Below, piece after piece: positions 8,717 through 11,397 of a stretch of DNA of 11,397 nt (position 1 is the first letter of the stretch; each line of letters starts with the position of its first letter). The notes beneath the pieces are model-generated. The model had not been told where the DNA came from. It ran no database searches and worked only from the letters and a program-made list of their open reading frames with translations. Source of the DNA: an uncultured bacterium (GTDB taxonomy: Bacteria > SAR324 > NAC60-12); contig CAXGMD010000087.1 in NCBI GenBank assembly GCA_964010765.1, positions 1 through 11,397 of the forward strand, given 5' to 3'. The position numbers and the translations under genes were made by a program.

Positions 8717-9379
8717 ATGAAGTTATCTCTGGTTCTCTTTTTAAGTTTTTTTGTTTTATTCGGGTGTACTCGGTCGGATAACTTTCGGCTTCGGGCATTA
8801 GCTCCCATGCAAGAACAATCCAGTGCTGATAATCTAGTTTCCTCTGAAAAATTTGGTGGAGTGATTACGTCGTCTGGCATTAGAACAACTGGTAGATCTT
8901 ACTCTGTGGTTTTCAGCGGGCTTTCAGTCGGATTTACAGAGATCAGTACAGACCGTTCTATTCGAAGTAAGGTAGGCAATGATGTGATTTTGGATGAGTT
9001 CTTCACCACTAACGCAAAATATAATGAACTTGGGGTAATGTTTGGTGATGAACTAACATTAACGTTGGGGGTCGGTGGGCTTGTATCTGGTTCTGCAGAG
9101 TTAAAACTGGATTACGGATCATCCCTGAATGCTGTTGTGAACGAAGAAATTATCAGATCAACTAGCCCCTCGGGAAACTCTGCTTTTTTTACTTTCGGTT
9201 ATGATCTACAACCCTTCGAAATACTTGCAGGTTGGCGATGGAATAACTTCAAAGCCAGTTTAAGTTCTTCCAACACAAGTCTTGAAGCTCTTTCAGATGG
9301 AGGAAGTTTAAGTTACCCTTCAAAATCCTTCTCTAGACAGACTACCCAAGTGACAGCGGGTTTAGGCATGTCTTTCTAA
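8717..9379 (+). CDS. Hypothetical protein with a lipoprotein signal and beta-barrel-like body (220 aa)
   Basis: MK, a hydrophobic core and LFG|C17 lipobox-like site. Beta-strand periodicity (LTLTLGVG, AFFTFGYDL, FEILAGWRW) and terminal QVTAGLGMSF. AGGGA lies upstream of the ATG. Confidence 0.72.
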   Translation: MKLSLVLFLSFFVLFGCTRSDNFRLRALAPMQEQSSADNLVSSEKFGGVITSSGIRTTGRSYSVVFSGLSVGFTEISTDRSIRSKVGNDVILDEFFTTNAKYNELGVMFGDELTLTLGVGGLVSGSAELKLDYGSSLNAVVNEEIIRSTSPSGNSAFFTFGYDLQPFEILAGWRWNNFKASLSSSNTSLEALSDGGSLSYPSKSFSRQTTQVTAGLGMSF

Positions 9380-9383
9380 ATTA

Positions 9384-10040
9384 ATGGCGCCTGTCTTGGA
9401 ACTGGATTGGGATAAAGAAATATTATTGTTTGGCATTAAGAAGTTCATTTACTTCACAGGATTGACAGCTAAGATTAGTTGGGTTGGAAAAGAGATTATT
9501 GATGAATTGATGGAGAAGAGTCAGCCATTTATAATTTGTGCGTGGCATCATGATATTTACTTCAGTAGTTGGCTTCTCAAAGACTTTGAACTAACTGCTT
9601 TGATCAGTTCGTCAAAGGATGGTGAGTACATCAATCAAATATTGAGTGGCTTTGGATTTAGGGCTGTAAGAGGCTCAAGCACTAGGGGGGGAATTGGTGC
9701 AATGAAACAGCTTGTCCGCTGCCTTAAAGACGGGAATGCGGTTGCGATTACCCCCGACGGTCCTCAGGGACCAATCCACAGAGTTCAGGAAGGGATCGTT
9801 GCCCTTGCTAAAATGACAGGAGTCCCGATTATCCCATGGATATATGAAGCAAGTTCATGCTGGAAGCTAAATAGTTGGGATAGTCATAAAATCCCAAAGC
9901 CATTTACAAAGATCAGAAGTGTTGTTGGCCAACCTCTCTATGTCCCGAAATCAGCTTCTAGTTCTGATTTTGGGAAATATTGTGGGCAATTAGAGATGTT
10001 GATGAATGATCTAATACCTGAACTCAAACAACTGAACTAA
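9384..10040 (+). CDS. DUF374 / lysophospholipid acyltransferase superfamily protein (LpxJ-like)
   Basis: Family motifs I.C.WH, LISSSKDGE, G...VRGSS.RGG, ITPDGPQGP, G.V.LA..TG.PIIP and SWD...IPKPF. Confidence 0.88.
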   Translation: MAPVLELDWDKEILLFGIKKFIYFTGLTAKISWVGKEIIDELMEKSQPFIICAWHHDIYFSSWLLKDFELTALISSSKDGEYINQILSGFGFRAVRGSSTRGGIGAMKQLVRCLKDGNAVAITPDGPQGPIHRVQEGIVALAKMTGVPIIPWIYEASSCWKLNSWDSHKIPKPFTKIRSVVGQPLYVPKSASSSDFGKYCGQLEMLMNDLIPELKQLN

Positions 10041-10638
10041 TCTGCTTAATGACAATTTCAAGAGCAACTAAGGCCATCACGATAGACATGATCTTGCCAA
10101 TTCGTCTCCTCCAAATTTCATCAGAAATTTGAAAAAGAGAGGTGGAAGCAACCAAAACGACGAGGATATACCAAACCGCATCGATGACCCCCACCATGAC
10201 AGCCAACCCCACCCAGTTAAGCCATCCAGATATAGTCCCAAGACTTGGACTAAAAATAGCTAGAAAAAAAATTGTAATCTTTGGATTGAAAAGAACAATT
10301 AAGAGTCCCGTCCAAACGGAGGTCTTGTCTACCTGATCTTGTGAGTTATGAGATGATTTTTTAGGCCAGCTTTGAAGCGCTAGCAAACAGAGTAAGCCAG
10401 CACCACCAATTTCTAAGATGCTTTCAATGAAAGAATAACTTTGTAGAGCCAGGCTTGTAGTAGTCACCACGAGAAGTGCGTAGCTTCCGACACCTAATCC
10501 ATGTAGTAAGGCAGTGTAGATTCCAGTTGACTTACCCCCTGACAGTGTATTGTTTAAGATCACTGCTAAGCTGGGACCTGGGCTCATCGCTCCCAAAGCA
10601 CACAATAAAGCGATTTTAAGCCATTGTTCTATTTCCAA
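10024..10638 (-). CDS. LysE/RhtB family amino-acid exporter
   Basis: SPGPS near the N-terminus, G..TAL..G.G and NPK...FFLAIF. About 200 aa with roughly six hydrophobic segments. TTG start with an in-frame stop just upstream. Confidence 0.92.
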   Translation of the reverse strand: MEIEQWLKIALLCALGAMSPGPSLAVILNNTLSGGKSTGIYTALLHGLGVGSYALLVVTTTSLALQSYSFIESILEIGGAGLLCLLALQSWPKKSSHNSQDQVDKTSVWTGLLIVLFNPKITIFFLAIFSPSLGTISGWLNWVGLAVMVGVIDAVWYILVVLVASTSLFQISDEIWRRRIGKIMSIVMALVALEIVIKQISSVV

Positions 10639-10719
10639 ATGAAATTAAGTTCTATACTTTCAAAGGCTAGATTGATGAAATGTCTGTTCAGGTTCATATA
10701 AATTTCACCATCGGTTGAG

Positions 10720-10748
10720 ATTTTGAGACCCAAAAAATGACTATGCAA
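10720..10748 (-). promoter_or_regulatory. Putative sigma70-type promoter for the LysE-family gene
   Basis: Minus strand TTGCAT, 17-nt spacer, CAAAAT, about 80 nt upstream of the TTG start. Confidence 0.35.
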
Positions 10749-10773
10749 AGATTTTCCTCAAAGTAAAAATTGT

Positions 10774-11397
10774 TTACTCAGATTGCTTCCGAAATGCTTT
10801 GCAGGGATCTTCCATGTCCTGTCTAGGGGTAAACCAAAGATAGTCAAAATCCTGTTTGAAAGCTCTGCCATTAATTTCAAACTCAGGCAAATAACTCCCA
10901 AGTGATGAAGGTTCTTGACTAATTTCCATCATAGAGAAATTGATCTGTTTGGTTTCAGGGCGAAGATATGCAACACGCTCTGGAATCCCCATACTGTGCC
11001 TCAGGTGCCCAAATCCGATGATCATCACCACTGGGTTTTGAGGGTTTGCCTCGAGGGTGTTGACGATAGATTGAGCCATTGCGTCGTTGCGAGCGATCCA
11101 TGCCTGGTACATTCTTCGATACATCTCCTCATTTCTATAGCCACAGTGGGCGTTTGTAAATTCCTCCAACATTAACTCCTCATAATCAGAGTCGTTTAAA
11201 CCAGTGTCCACTAAAAGTGACAATTCTGTTGGATGAAGATTCTCGACCCCAACTCGGGTTATACGAGATGATAACCCCCAAGGAATGTCTGTGGCGAATG
11301 TAGGGAGTTGATTTTTGCGGGCCAGCTCAATCAACTTGAAGTAAAAACTCCATTCTTCATCGGAGCGATGATCCCAACTTAGAGCTTGGCGAAGAAC
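10774..11397 (-). CDS. ChaN/PhuW-like heme-uptake family protein, C-terminal part (starts beyond the right edge)
   Basis: The frame is open to the window end (VLRQALSWDHRSDEEWSFYFKLIELARKNQLP...). Family-like motifs W..Y..L...A....LP..A, AHCG, RNDAMA..I, VV.I.G.GH.....GIP, DYLWFT and terminal DPC. Confidence 0.75.
   Translation of the reverse strand, partial: VLRQALSWDHRSDEEWSFYFKLIELARKNQLPTFATDIPWGLSSRITRVGVENLHPTELSLLVDTGLNDSDYEELMLEEFTNAHCGYRNEEMYRRMYQAWIARNDAMAQSIVNTLEANPQNPVVMIIGFGHLRHSMGIPERVAYLRPETKQINFSMMEISQEPSSLGSYLPEFEINGRAFKQDFDYLWFTPRQDMEDPCKAFRKQSE

Noticed and set aside
1..11397. CRISPR arrays, tRNA/rRNA, IS elements, prophage, defence or toxin-antitoxin systems, frameshifted pseudogenes
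   Set aside because: I saw no spaced direct repeats, RNA-gene signatures, transposase, integrase or nuclease motifs. All intergenic gaps are under 150 bp and the recognised genes appear intact.

Overview
Gene-dense, AT-rich bacterial core-genome segment from a diderm organism. The gene set and style suggest a marine deltaproteobacteria-like lineage such as SAR324, but this is an impression that was not tested. Two clusters diverge from a 148-bp intergenic region (4289-4436). On the minus strand: pgsA-hslV-hslU, then a family-4 uracil-DNA glycosylase and hisS (truncated at the left edge). On the plus strand: a tightly coupled six-gene run of hemA-hemC, a menE-like CoA ligase, two unannotated 220-aa putative outer-membrane beta-barrel proteins (the second also has a lipoprotein signal) and a DUF374/LpxJ-like acyltransferase. 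This run converges on a LysE-family exporter, followed by a ChaN-like heme-uptake protein truncated at the right edge. I found no RNA genes, CRISPR arrays, mobile elements or defence systems. The best leads are the uncharacterised beta-barrel pair inside the hem/men/acyltransferase operon, an SspB-like tail on HemA, a perfect inverted repeat in the hemA leader, and a HisRS resembling the plant-organellar type.
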